Assembly: GCA_026196575.1 (NCBI GenBank)
Contig: JAPHSX010000038.1
Location: 2,860 to 66,859 of the forward strand
Direction of reading: 5' to 3'
Source of the DNA: Gammaproteobacteria bacterium
GTDB lineage: Bacteria > Pseudomonadota > Gammaproteobacteria > Thiohalomonadales > Thiohalomonadaceae
DNA length: 64,000 bases
Under the pieces are notes generated by a model that was not told where the DNA came from, did not search any database, and saw nothing but the letters and a program-made list of their open reading frames with translations. The position numbers and the translations under genes are program-made. Shown one piece after another: positions 21,745 through 30,858 of the stretch; positions within the stretch are counted from its first letter, which is position 1, and every line of letters starts with the position of its first letter.

Positions 21745-23322
21745 TCAGCCTTCGTTATCCCCCTCCAGCACGGCGCGAATGCGTGCGGTGCAGTCGTTTT
21801 TTGTACTATCGAGGGTAAGGCTCTCTGCCATCTCCTCCTCACCCAGCGGTTGATAGTGCATTAGTTGCCGTTCCAGCACCGCGTTATCCGCCTCGGAGGC
21901 GTCTCTCCCCTGATTGCTGCGTGCGGTAACGCGCTGGCGCAGGATGGTTGGGGTGGCTTTAAAGTGGAGCAGGGTGAAGGGAATGTGAAGCTGTCCCGCC
22001 AGCTGGCGAAAGGCGTCGCGTTCGGTACGCTCAAGAAAGGTGGCATCGACGATCACCCGATAGCCCCCCGCCAAGGCGGCGGCGGCAAGCTCGCGCAGCC
22101 GCTGATAGGTGTGGCGTGAGGCATCGGCGCTGTAGATGTTCTCCCCCGGCGCGCTGTGGCTCGCCGCGTTGGCCGTCAGACCGAAGAGTCGTTTGCGCTC
22201 CACATCGGAGCGGATGCGCACCACTCCCGGCAACCTCAGCAGCGGCGCGGTGAGGCTGCTCTTGCCAGAGCCGGAGAGGCCGTGGGTGATCAGCAGCTGT
22301 GGCTGACCGGGTCGGGCATAGTGCTCGGCCAGGTCAAGATAGGTGTCCAGTTCGCCAAACACGGCGGTGCGCAGCGATGGCGTGAGTCCCGGTTGCCCCA
22401 GACGCAGTGCGGCGACCTTGGCGCGCACCATGGCACGATAGCCTAGGTAGAAGGGGAGCAGTGGCAGCGCGGCGTAGTCGCCGCCCAGCTCCAGGTAGCG
22501 GTTGAGCAGCAGATTGGTCAGGTTGGCGTGACCGCGCGCCTCCAGGTCCATCAGCAGGAAGGCCAGCTCGCTGATGAGATCGATGATGCGCAGATTGTCA
22601 TTGAACTCGATGCAGTCAAAGAGCCGCGGTGCCCCATCGAGCAGCACGATGTTGTTCAGGTGCAGATCGCCATGGCAGTCGCGGATAAAGCCCCCTGTCT
22701 TGCGCCGTGCAAAGTGTTCGCGGTGCTGCTCGAACAGGCCCCGGCTCACCTGCTCCAGTGCATCGAGTCGCCGGCGCAGGGCAGTATCGTCCAGCTGCTC
22801 GCGCAGCTGGCTGAAGTTCTCCGCCACCGGATGATAGACCGCCTTCGGTGTGCCGTAGGGGGAGTCGGGCAGGGCCACCTCGGCGGTGGCGTGAAAGGCG
22901 GCGATCACCTCGGCCAGGGCAATGACCTTGGCTTCATCCAGCTCGCCCCGTGCCGCCACCTGACTGAGCAGTGCCTGTTGCGCAAATTGCTGCATCTTCA
23001 CAGCGTACTCGATGGCCGGCTCGCAGTGCAGTCGCGGCGCCTCTGCACTGCCGCCAATGGGCACCACCTCCAGGTAGAGCTGGGGCGCGGTGCGGCGGTT
23101 TAGGCGCAGCTCCAGCGCGCACTGCAAGCGTCGTTTCTCCAGCGTCGAGTAGTCAAGAAACCCGAAATCGACCCCCTTCTTCACCTTGTAGGCGTAGTGG
23201 CCCGTCAGCAGTACCCAGGAGATATGGGTTTCGACAAGCTCGACCCGTTCCACCGGATGGGGGTAACACCGCGGGTCGCCCAGCGCGGCGATAAGCCGTT
23301 GTTGCCTCTGTAGCGTCTCCAT
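21745..23322 (-). CDS. Bifunctional-type protein: APH-like phosphotransferase domain plus P-loop kinase (AAA_33-like) domain
   Basis: N-terminal kinase-like motifs (CHGDLHLNNIVL, FDCIEFND). C-terminal Walker A (THGLSGSGKSS). Confidence 0.8.
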   Translation of the reverse strand: METLQRQQRLIAALGDPRCYPHPVERVELVETHISWVLLTGHYAYKVKKGVDFGFLDYSTLEKRRLQCALELRLNRRTAPQLYLEVVPIGGSAEAPRLHCEPAIEYAVKMQQFAQQALLSQVAARGELDEAKVIALAEVIAAFHATAEVALPDSPYGTPKAVYHPVAENFSQLREQLDDTALRRRLDALEQVSRGLFEQHREHFARRKTGGFIRDCHGDLHLNNIVLLDGAPRLFDCIEFNDNLRIIDLISELAFLLMDLEARGHANLTNLLLNRYLELGGDYAALPLLPFYLGYRAMVRAKVAALRLGQPGLTPSLRTAVFGELDTYLDLAEHYARPGQPQLLITHGLSGSGKSSLTAPLLRLPGVVRIRSDVERKRLFGLTANAASHSAPGENIYSADASRHTYQRLRELAAAALAGGYRVIVDATFLERTERDAFRQLAGQLHIPFTLLHFKATPTILRQRVTARSNQGRDASEADNAVLERQLMHYQPLGEEEMAESLTLDSTKNDCTARIRAVLEGDNEG

Positions 23323-23786
23323 ACCCTCTCCCGTGGTGTGTTGTGGCAGGCGGCGCGGACGCGCAGCCGTTTATCCAGATAACCATCCATCAGGTTAGTC
23401 AAAGGCACGCGGTCGTGCCGCGGGCGCGGCTCCTTGGCTGCCCGGCCCGTTGTTGTGTGCGTTATCCGGCGGGTGTCCGTTATCGCACCTTTGCTTTTGG
23501 GTGAAGGTGGGGCCGTCGCTGCTGAAAAGGGATGGTCGCGTCGAGATGGAGCCGATTTCCATCCTGAGAAACGCGATCGTCAGATGGCAGCGCGGGTATG
23601 GCACGATGTATCGTGGGTTGTGGCGGGATCGGGGCCGACAACCCGGTCACGTTCTGGTAGCTGGCACCATGGCTTCTTCGCCGAGATACTGCCCGTTCTG
23701 TTGGTGTGGGGTTTTAATGAGAATGCTCCCCAATCCGCATGGCCGGATGTTGCGTTGTATAGGCCCCAGGCCCAACATATAGAGAT

Positions 23787-23819
23787 AAAAAAAGGTGCTG
23801 CGCGCTAGACCGGCGCACC
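23787..23819 (-). terminator. Intrinsic terminator of rdgC (hairpin spans the stop codon)
   Basis: Minus strand: GGTGCGCCGGTCTAGCGCGCAGCACC, a GC-rich imperfect hairpin, followed by TTTTTTT. Confidence 0.6.
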
Positions 23820-24719
23820 CTCGCTCTCGCCGCCAAAGGCGGTGATCACCTCGTCGATAAGGCGCGATAGTTCCAGCGTCATGAAGGCAAAATCGCTGTC
23901 GAATTGCAGGGCGGGGTCTGCGACATGGTCGTCCAGCTCCTCCTTGACGGTGTCGGTAAAGCGCAGCCGTTTGATGCTGAGATCCTCCGGCAGTATGAAT
24001 TCGATGCGCTCGCGCCAGCTCATGGCAAGTTTGGTCACCTGCTTGCCGGCGTCGAGGTGGGCCTGAATCTCGTCGGCAAGGGGGTTCTGGCGGCGGCAGC
24101 GCACGATCCCCCCCTCCTTGTCGCTCTCCTGCAGCTCGTATTCGTCGCCCAGCTCAAAGCCGTTGGGGATGCCGTCGCCGCGCAGCCACTGGCTCATCAA
24201 TACCCGTGGCGATTCGGCGGTGAGCGGCAGGCGGGCGCTCAGGCCGGGTGCCGACTGGCGCAGCAGGGTCACCAGCTCTTCGGCGCGGTTGGCGCTGGCG
24301 GTGTCGATCACCAGCCACTGGTTTTTGCGATCAATGTAGGCGTAGGTGGTGCGGCTGCGGGTGAAGGCCTGCGGCAGCAGGGTCAGGGTCAGCTCCTCCT
24401 TGAGTTGCTGGCGCTCCTTGCGGCCCACCGCGCGTGCCTCCTGCTGTTCGATAGCCTCCACCCTCTCCAGCAGCTGTTCGTTGATCACGGCGCCGGGGAG
24501 AAGACGCTCCTCCTTGCGGGCGCAGAGCATGGTATAGGGGCCGATCGTGTGGCACAGCGATTCACTGTGACGCCCCAGGGGGCTGGACCAGCCGTAGCTG
24601 AAGGGGATGCTCTTGGCGCAGGGGCGAAAGGCCGCGCCCTGCAACGCCTCGCCGAGGGCGTCGTGATCCAGCTCGAAGGGGCGGGTGAGGCGAAACAGGG
24701 TGAGATTCTTGAACCACAT
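23805..24719 (-). CDS. rdgC: Recombination-associated protein RdgC
   Basis: In-frame ATG at 24719 gives the canonical MWFKNLTLFRL N-terminus. Length about 304 aa. Confidence 0.9.
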   Translation of the reverse strand: MWFKNLTLFRLTRPFELDHDALGEALQGAAFRPCAKSIPFSYGWSSPLGRHSESLCHTIGPYTMLCARKEERLLPGAVINEQLLERVEAIEQQEARAVGRKERQQLKEELTLTLLPQAFTRSRTTYAYIDRKNQWLVIDTASANRAEELVTLLRQSAPGLSARLPLTAESPRVLMSQWLRGDGIPNGFELGDEYELQESDKEGGIVRCRRQNPLADEIQAHLDAGKQVTKLAMSWRERIEFILPEDLSIKRLRFTDTVKEELDDHVADPALQFDSDFAFMTLELSRLIDEVITAFGGESEGAPV

Positions 24720-24842
24720 GAAGACGATCCGTTCGGTCATTGGGGCTGCGCATTATGACCGATCCCGCGCTGTCTTAGCACCCTCTTAATCCCCTGGCAA
24801 TCGGGCCGCGCCCGTCACCCGATTTGCTGGGGCGGTGCCGGG

Positions 24843-25886
24843 TTACGCCCTGAACAGCGTTACAAACCGGGCAAAGAGGTTTTTCTCGAAATGGTGCGGC
24901 ATCTTGTCGCGCATCAGGGTGAGGGCATCGAATGGCGCCATTGCCTTTTTGTAGGAGCGCTCGGCGGTGAGGGCATCGAAGACATCGGCGATACAGCAGA
25001 TGCGCCCGTAGATGTGCAGCTGGTCGCCGCCGAGCCGTCTGGGGTAGCCGCTGCCATCAAACAGTTCGTGGTGTTCCAGCACCACGATACGGCACTCCTC
25101 CGACATCACCTCCGCCTCCTTGAGGATCTTGTAGCCTTGATAGGGGTGGATGCGCATGCGGCGCATCTCGGTCTCGGTGAGGCGCGCCGGTTTGTTGATA
25201 ATGGCGGGGTCGACCTTGATCTTGCCAAGGTCGTGCAGGAAGAAACCGGCCGCCAGCTCGTGCATGTCGTGGCCGTCGGAGTGGCCGAACAGCTGCTTCG
25301 CCAGCATCAGGCTGGTGACGCCGACGTTGACCGAGTGGGTGTAGGTGTAGAAGTCGTGGGCGGTGATGCGCAGCATCGCGCTTGCCGTGTCGCCATCCGA
25401 AAGCACCAGATCAGAGAGAGAGCGAATCGCCTCCTTGCCGGTTTTGATATTTTCCGCCGTCGGCGCCTCCAGCAGCCGCTCCATCATCTCGCGGCTGTGA
25501 TGATAGACCACGCGGGACTTCTTCTCTGGTGCCATCTGTTTGTCATGTATCGCCTCGAACAGCTCGGGGGAGACCAGATTCTCCGGATGCCAGCGCGTGG
25601 GCGGTGGCTGATCCCTGGGGTCAACAGGGGGGGCGTGGGGGGCGTCATTGTGGCTGATGTAGGCCAGTTCGCTGAGCAAGCGGGGTGCCATCCGCGCCTC
25701 GTCGGCAAGGTCACTTTTGTCGAGGTCGACCACCACCTCGGTCAAGCCCTGGCGGCGCAACTCCCGCAGCTGCCCCTCGGAGGTGAGTTTGAATTGGTTA
25801 CGCAAGAAACCGTGTTTCAGCCATGAGGTCGAGAGGATGACATACATCCCCAGCCGTAGATCCTCAACCTTGATTGTTTGTTGCAT
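24843..25886 (-). CDS. HD-GYP domain c-di-GMP phosphodiesterase (DUF3391-like N-terminal module)
   Basis: HDLGKIKV (HD) and HHELFDGSGYPRRL (GYP) motifs. The N-terminal IKVEDLRLGMYV...WLKHGFL block is as seen in DUF3391-HD-GYP proteins (recollection). Confidence 0.9.
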   Translation of the reverse strand: MQQTIKVEDLRLGMYVILSTSWLKHGFLRNQFKLTSEGQLRELRRQGLTEVVVDLDKSDLADEARMAPRLLSELAYISHNDAPHAPPVDPRDQPPPTRWHPENLVSPELFEAIHDKQMAPEKKSRVVYHHSREMMERLLEAPTAENIKTGKEAIRSLSDLVLSDGDTASAMLRITAHDFYTYTHSVNVGVTSLMLAKQLFGHSDGHDMHELAAGFFLHDLGKIKVDPAIINKPARLTETEMRRMRIHPYQGYKILKEAEVMSEECRIVVLEHHELFDGSGYPRRLGGDQLHIYGRICCIADVFDALTAERSYKKAMAPFDALTLMRDKMPHHFEKNLFARFVTLFRA

Positions 25887-25916
25887 ATCCGTGATTTGCC
25901 GCTGTCAGTCCGTTTG

Positions 25917-26075
25917 CTAAATGGGGATAAAGGCCGCCTTGGTGGCGCCACACTCCGGGCAGACCCACTCATCGTGGATCTCCTCCCACGGCGTGCCCGG
26001 GTCGATCCCGCCCTCGGGATCTCCTGATGCCTCATCGTAGATGTAACCGCAAATGTCGCACAAGTGGCGTTTCAC
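25917..26075 (-). CDS. Rubredoxin (52 aa; below the ORF-track size cutoff)
   Basis: Hand translation: VKRHLCDICGYIYDEASGDPEGGIDPGTPWEEIHDEWVCPECGATKAAFIPI*. Two CxxCG knuckles. GTG start overlaps the tpm TGA (GTGA), with AAGGGGGAGAG upstream. Stop lies 30 nt before the HD-GYP ATG. Confidence 0.85.
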   Translation of the reverse strand: MKRHLCDICGYIYDEASGDPEGGIDPGTPWEEIHDEWVCPECGATKAAFIPI

Positions 26076-26743
26076 TCTCTCTCCCCCTTTATCGAATTCG
26101 GATTGTCTTCCCTGCGCGTTATCAGGTAGACCGTCTCCCGCACCGCGACGCCCCCAGGCCCGACTGCATCCCAGGTACCCCTTTCGTCAATGGTGAAGGC
26201 CTCGCGGTAGAGCGCCTCCACCTCGTGTGCCCCGATGCTGAAGGGCGGTCCCTCCAGCGTCCCCTCAGGATAGCGCATGGTGATAAGCAGAATGTGGGCG
26301 CCGCCCGGCAGCAGGGTGGCCATGTGGTGAACGTAGGCCTGGCGCATTGGCGGTGGCAGGGCGATGAGGGCGGCCCGATCGAAGACGGCGTGGATCTGCC
26401 CCAAATCACTGGCGGTGAGCTGAAAGTAGTCACCGGCGAAGAGGGTCAGCTGCTCGGCGCTGTACTCGGCGAAGCGTGCGGTCTCATTGATACTGGGCTC
26501 GATCTCGTTCTCGTGAAAGAAGGCCTCCACCGCCTTGCGGCTCAGCTCGATACCGAACACCGGGTGGCCCTGTTCGCGCAGCCACAACATGTCGAGACTC
26601 TTGCCGCAGAGGGGGACAAACACGGGCGCCCCGGTGGGCAGCCCCAGATCACTCCAGTGGTCGGTAAGGTAGCGGTTGACCGCCTGCTGATGAAAGCCGA
26701 TCTGCCCCTGCTCCCAGCGTTCGTGCCAGAACTCATGCCTCAT
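26072..26743 (-). CDS. tpm: Thiopurine S-methyltransferase family protein (Tpm)
   Basis: FWHERWEQGQIGFHQ...VFVPLCGKSLDMLWL...GH.V.G.ELS..AV..FF is the characteristic TPMT N-terminal pattern. 223 aa. Confidence 0.85.
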   Translation of the reverse strand: MRHEFWHERWEQGQIGFHQQAVNRYLTDHWSDLGLPTGAPVFVPLCGKSLDMLWLREQGHPVFGIELSRKAVEAFFHENEIEPSINETARFAEYSAEQLTLFAGDYFQLTASDLGQIHAVFDRAALIALPPPMRQAYVHHMATLLPGGAHILLITMRYPEGTLEGPPFSIGAHEVEALYREAFTIDERGTWDAVGPGGVAVRETVYLITRREDNPNSIKGERE

Positions 26744-26825
26744 ATCGGCGGTCTCTCTCCGTCAATAGATGATGTTTGTCATATTGTTGCCCATTCCGGC
26801 CGGGGCGAACAGTCATGTCTCGTCC

Positions 26826-28517
26826 CTACTCTTCGGCCCGTTGCCGCACCAGATAACCATAATACTCCTGGCGATAGGCCTCCAGCTGCTGCTCCACCTT
26901 CTCCTCCGCCACGCCGACGGCGCCAAGGGCAAAGCGTGCCAGTTGCAGGCTCGCCTCGAGATTTTCCGAGGCGACGCCGCTGGCGCCCGCCTTGTGCAGT
27001 TGCTCGCAACGCTGGCGGCTGTGGCCGCGGGCGTAGATCGGCAGCCCGGGGTAGAGCCGATGTACCTCGGATACCACATGCTCCACCACCTCGGGGTTGT
27101 CGATGGCCACCACCATTAACCGGGAGTGGGCAACCCCGGCGCTGCGCAGCACATCCGCCCGGGCGGCGTTGCCGAAGTAGACTGCATAGCCGGCTTCCCG
27201 ACCCTTGGCCACCAGTGGCGGGCGTTGCTCGATCGCCACATAGGAGACTCCGGCATCGCGCATCAGGGCGGCGATGCGCTGGCCCATGCGGCCAAAACCG
27301 GCGATCAGCACATCCGGCCTCTCCTCGCCGGAGGCGGGTTCCAGCGGTTCACTCTCCTCCACCTCGACCGTCTCCTCGCGCTGGGGTAGGCGCAGCGCCA
27401 GCAGCGGCGTCATCACCATGCTCAGCGCTACCACCAGCAACGCCTCCTGGTAGAGGGTTCCCGCCAGCAGCCCGGCGTGCAGTGCCGCACCAAACAGCAC
27501 GAAGGCGAACTCACCCCCCTGGGCCAACAGCAGTGCGGTGCGCCGCGCCGCCAGCCGCCCGACGCCAAACAGCCGCGCCACCCCCCACAGCACCAGGGTC
27601 TTGATGATGATGAGGGCGGCGAGCAGCAACACAATCTTGAGCGGCGAGGCGAGCAGTACCGCCAGGTCCACTGTCATCCCCACCGTCATGAAGAAGAGAC
27701 CGAGCAGGATGGCGCGAAACGGCTGGATGTCGGCCATGATCTGGTGACGGAACTCCGAGTCGGCAATGAGCAGCCCGGCGAGAAAGGCCCCCATCGCCAT
27801 CGACATCCCCGCCTGCTCGATGAGCATGGCGATACCGAGCACCAGCAGCAGTGCGGTGGCGAGAAAGATCTCCTGACTGCCGTGCAGCGCCACCCGGTGC
27901 AGCAGCGGACGCAGGAAGAGGCGACCGCCCAGGATCACCGCCACCACCATCCCCAGCGACTCCAGGATTGCCAGCCCGAGATTGCCCCCCAGCGAGCTCT
28001 CCGGCCGGGCCAGCAGCGGCACCAATGCCAGCAACGGCACCACCGCCATGTCCTGCAGCAGCAGGATGGCAAAGGCGGCACGGCCGTGGCTGCTGCCAAG
28101 CTCATGGCGTTCGGTAAGGAGCTGCAGCACAAAGGCGGTGGAGGAGAGGGCCAGTCCCAGCCCCAGCAGCAGCGCCACCCGCAGCTCCAGCTCCAGCGCC
28201 ATCAGTGCCAGCGTCAGCACCAGGCCGGTGGCCAGCACCTGGGCACTGCCCATGCCGAAGACCTGCCGGCGCATCAGCCAGAGGCGTGCCGGCTTGAGTT
28301 CGATGCCGATAATAAAGAGCAGGAATACCACGCCAAGCTCGGCCAGTCCGCGTACCTGCTCCACATCGGTAACCAGCGCCAGGCCACCGGGGCCGATCGC
28401 CATGCCGGCGGCGAGAAAACCGAGCACCGTGCCGAGACGCAAATACTGGAACAGCGGCACAATCAGTACCGCCGCGCCGAGCAGGATCAGGGTTTCAAGC
28501 AGACCGTCGTGATTCAC
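26826..28517 (-). CDS. CPA2-family monovalent cation:proton antiporter / K+ efflux protein (KefB/KefC-like) with TrkA-N domain
   Basis: About 12 TM segments followed by a Rossmann GxGxxG (LIAGFGRMGQRIA). Confidence 0.85.
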   Translation of the reverse strand: MNHDGLLETLILLGAAVLIVPLFQYLRLGTVLGFLAAGMAIGPGGLALVTDVEQVRGLAELGVVFLLFIIGIELKPARLWLMRRQVFGMGSAQVLATGLVLTLALMALELELRVALLLGLGLALSSTAFVLQLLTERHELGSSHGRAAFAILLLQDMAVVPLLALVPLLARPESSLGGNLGLAILESLGMVVAVILGGRLFLRPLLHRVALHGSQEIFLATALLLVLGIAMLIEQAGMSMAMGAFLAGLLIADSEFRHQIMADIQPFRAILLGLFFMTVGMTVDLAVLLASPLKIVLLLAALIIIKTLVLWGVARLFGVGRLAARRTALLLAQGGEFAFVLFGAALHAGLLAGTLYQEALLVVALSMVMTPLLALRLPQREETVEVEESEPLEPASGEERPDVLIAGFGRMGQRIAALMRDAGVSYVAIEQRPPLVAKGREAGYAVYFGNAARADVLRSAGVAHSRLMVVAIDNPEVVEHVVSEVHRLYPGLPIYARGHSRQRCEQLHKAGASGVASENLEASLQLARFALGAVGVAEEKVEQQLEAYRQEYYGYLVRQRAEE

Positions 28518-28611
28518 TGTGCAGGGTTCCTTGTGAGGCGAGTGGAGTCAGTCTAGCGTTCGCCCAGGTTGGTAACAACTGCCTGACCACGGCAGCGCGG
28601 TGCGTTCTTCG

Positions 28612-29766
28612 TCACGTTCTGGTGCGGGCGCGCAGGATCACAAATTTGGGGTTGGCGGCGATTTGTTCGCAGTTGCCGAAGAGCGTCTTCAGCGTCTGGT
28701 GATAACCGAGGTGGCGGTTGCCAATGACCCACAGTTCGCCCCCCGTGCGCAGCACCCGCCGTGACTGCCGGAACATGCGCCGTGCGATGTGATCCCCCAC
28801 CGCGCTGCCCTGATGGAATGGCGGGTTACAGAGGATGAGATCGGCACTGGCAGGGGCAAAATCGCTGAGCGCATCACCAACGTGAAAGTGGGCCTCGCGT
28901 CCCGCCCCCAGATTGCGCTGGAAGTTATCCCGCGCCGAGGCCACCGCCATGAACGACTCATCGACAAAGTGCAGCCGCGCCTGCGGATTGTCTGCGGCGA
29001 CGAGCAGCCCGACCACCCCGTTGCCGCACCCCAGGTCTATCACCTCCCGCGTACCAAGGTGGTGCGGCAGGTGTTGCAGAAAGAACCGCGTGCCGATATC
29101 GAGGCTGTCGCGCGAGAAGAGGTTGGCGTGGTTGCAGAGACGATACGTCGTCCCCTCCAGTGGATAGCAGACAGGGTAGGGGCTCTCGCCCACCGCTGCC
29201 AGTCTGCTCGGCGTGACAAAGATGAGTTTCGCCTTTTTGACGGCCAGCGCGGTGGTGGTTGGCCCCCACAACCGCTCCAGTAACTGCCACACCGAGGAGG
29301 GCATCCCCTTCACCATGCCGGCGACGATGACCTGCGTCTGGGTACTCAGGCAGGGGGTAAGGCGAATCAACTCATCCTCCAGCAGCGCCAGGGTCTTGGG
29401 TGCCTTGATCACCACCAGCTCCAGCTCCTCTTGCGGCACCGAGAGCGAATCGAGCAGGGTTACCGCCTCCACCCCGATGCCATTGGCGCGCAGGTTCTGC
29501 CGCGTCGCGGCGTGGCAGAGCCAGGAGTCGGAGAGTGAGAGCGGACGGTAGGCGCTCAGCGCCACTGCCAGCGCCCCGAAGCTGTCATTGACAATCAGCA
29601 GCCGCGCTCCGGTTTGCGGCAGCGCACGTTCCGCCAGGGTGTTGAGCAGATACTCATCGGCCGCATCCCAGGCACGCAACGGGTTAGCCGCTTGCGGCGG
29701 TAGTCGCGTCAACGCGAAGTTGCCCTGTGGCACTTGCAGTAGGTTGTCGGGAGACGGTGAGTTCAC
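28612..29766 (-). CDS. rlmG: 23S rRNA (guanine1835-N2)-methyltransferase RlmG-like
   Basis: GTG start. NPLRAWDAADEYLL N-terminal block, DLGCGNGV, NPPFHQG. About 384 aa with tandem methyltransferase-like halves. Confidence 0.8.
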   Translation of the reverse strand: MNSPSPDNLLQVPQGNFALTRLPPQAANPLRAWDAADEYLLNTLAERALPQTGARLLIVNDSFGALAVALSAYRPLSLSDSWLCHAATRQNLRANGIGVEAVTLLDSLSVPQEELELVVIKAPKTLALLEDELIRLTPCLSTQTQVIVAGMVKGMPSSVWQLLERLWGPTTTALAVKKAKLIFVTPSRLAAVGESPYPVCYPLEGTTYRLCNHANLFSRDSLDIGTRFFLQHLPHHLGTREVIDLGCGNGVVGLLVAADNPQARLHFVDESFMAVASARDNFQRNLGAGREAHFHVGDALSDFAPASADLILCNPPFHQGSAVGDHIARRMFRQSRRVLRTGGELWVIGNRHLGYHQTLKTLFGNCEQIAANPKFVILRARTRT

Positions 29767-29804
29767 ACGCAGCGATAGAGAGGCGGGGAGAAAAGGGGAG
29801 GAGC

Positions 29805-29987
29805 GGCAGCCCGGCTAAGGGGGCAGGTCGAAATAATATTTACATTCGGCCGCCCCTGGGCCATCACTGCTGTGTTGCGTTTCTTGGCAAGGGAGCAGCC
29901 ATTACCTGCGAAACGCGCCTTGCATTGATGGCCCAGGAACGCTCTCGGTGTTGACAATATTATTTCGACCTGCCCCCTAAGGCTGCC
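29805..29987. repeat. About 183-bp near-perfect long inverted repeat (MITE-like / long hairpin element)
   Basis: Left GGCAGCC..TAAGGGGGCAGGTCGAAATAATATT (29805-29840) against right AATATTATTTCGACCTGCCCCCTAAGGCTGCC (29956-29987). Inner arms CCTGGGCCATCA (29855-29866) against TGATGGCCCAGG (29926-29937). Fills the whole gap between the FKBP gene and rlmG. Confidence 0.7.
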
Positions 29988-29997
29988 GCCGTGCAAC

Positions 29998-30753
29998 TTA
30001 CTGCTGGGCTTCGGGCTGCTTGATCTCGATAAGTTCGATGTCGAACAGCAGGGTTTCGTTACCGCCGATCTTCGGCGGCGCACCGGTCTCGCCGTAGGCC
30101 AGCTCGGAGGGGATCGCCACCTGCCACTTGGAGCCGACCGGCATCAGCGGCAGCACCTCCTGCCACCCCTGCACCACGCGGGCCAAGGCGAAGGTGGCGG
30201 GTGCGCCGCGATCATACGAGCTGTCGAATACGGTGCCATCAATCAGGGTGCCGTGATAGTGCGCCACTACGGTCGACTCCAGGGTGGGCTGCGCCCCGCT
30301 GCCCTCGGTCAGTACCTTGTACTGAATGCCGCTGGGCAGGGTGGTGACCCCCTCGCGCTTGCCGTTCTCGGCCAGATAGGCGGCACCCGCCGCCTTTGCC
30401 TGCTCGGCCGCCGCCGCGGTCTCGGCCACCTGCGCCTCCATCAGCTGGCGTGCCGCCTGCTCCAGTGCCGCCTCCATCTGCTGTTCATCCAGTTGCAGCG
30501 GCTTGCCATCGAGGACGTCGCGGATCGCCTCTCCCATCGCCACCTCGTCCAGCCCGTCAATGCCCTTATTGCGCATGTCCGTGGCCATCAGGACGCCGAC
30601 ACTGTAGCTGAACTTTTGCAGATCACTCTGCAGTGCCGGCGCCTTGTCACCCTCGGTGGCGGCAGTCGGCTCTTTACCTTCGTTACAGCCACTCAACCCG
30701 ATCAGCAGGGTGGTGCTCAGCAGCAGGGCAGCACTTTTATTGATTACTGACAT
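29998..30753 (-). CDS. FKBP-type peptidyl-prolyl cis-trans isomerase (FkpA/Mip-like, lipoprotein signal)
   Basis: Signal with LIGLSGC lipobox, helical N-domain, and a C-terminal FKBP domain (VVAHYHGTLIDGTVFDSSYDRG.P..F.L..VV.GW.E.L..M.VGSKW...IPSELAYG). Confidence 0.9.
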   Translation of the reverse strand: MSVINKSAALLLSTTLLIGLSGCNEGKEPTAATEGDKAPALQSDLQKFSYSVGVLMATDMRNKGIDGLDEVAMGEAIRDVLDGKPLQLDEQQMEAALEQAARQLMEAQVAETAAAAEQAKAAGAAYLAENGKREGVTTLPSGIQYKVLTEGSGAQPTLESTVVAHYHGTLIDGTVFDSSYDRGAPATFALARVVQGWQEVLPLMPVGSKWQVAIPSELAYGETGAPPKIGGNETLLFDIELIEIKQPEAQQ

Positions 30754-30858
30754 CTTTCATCCTTTGTGGTGATGGGGTAGACCCTTGCGGGTTTACATGG
30801 GGGCTTCATCTTGTACGCAGTCGGCACCGATTTCAAGCCTCGAACGGGCCGGCGGGGC

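Noticed and set aside
23323-23786. RNase P RNA, tmRNA or 6S RNA in the long non-coding gap.
   Set aside because: The gap lacks the conserved GGAAAGTCCGGGC-type RNase P core. It lacks a tRNA-like TTCGA T-arm/ACCA end for tmRNA. It has no obvious 6S-type long bulged duplex.
26027-28556. Plus-strand ORFs 26027..27604 (525 aa) and 27477..28556 (359 aa), with extreme Arg/Pro/Gln/His composition.
   Set aside because: They lie antisense to tpm and to the CPA2 antiporter gene, both of which have clear family motifs. Their composition is not protein-like.
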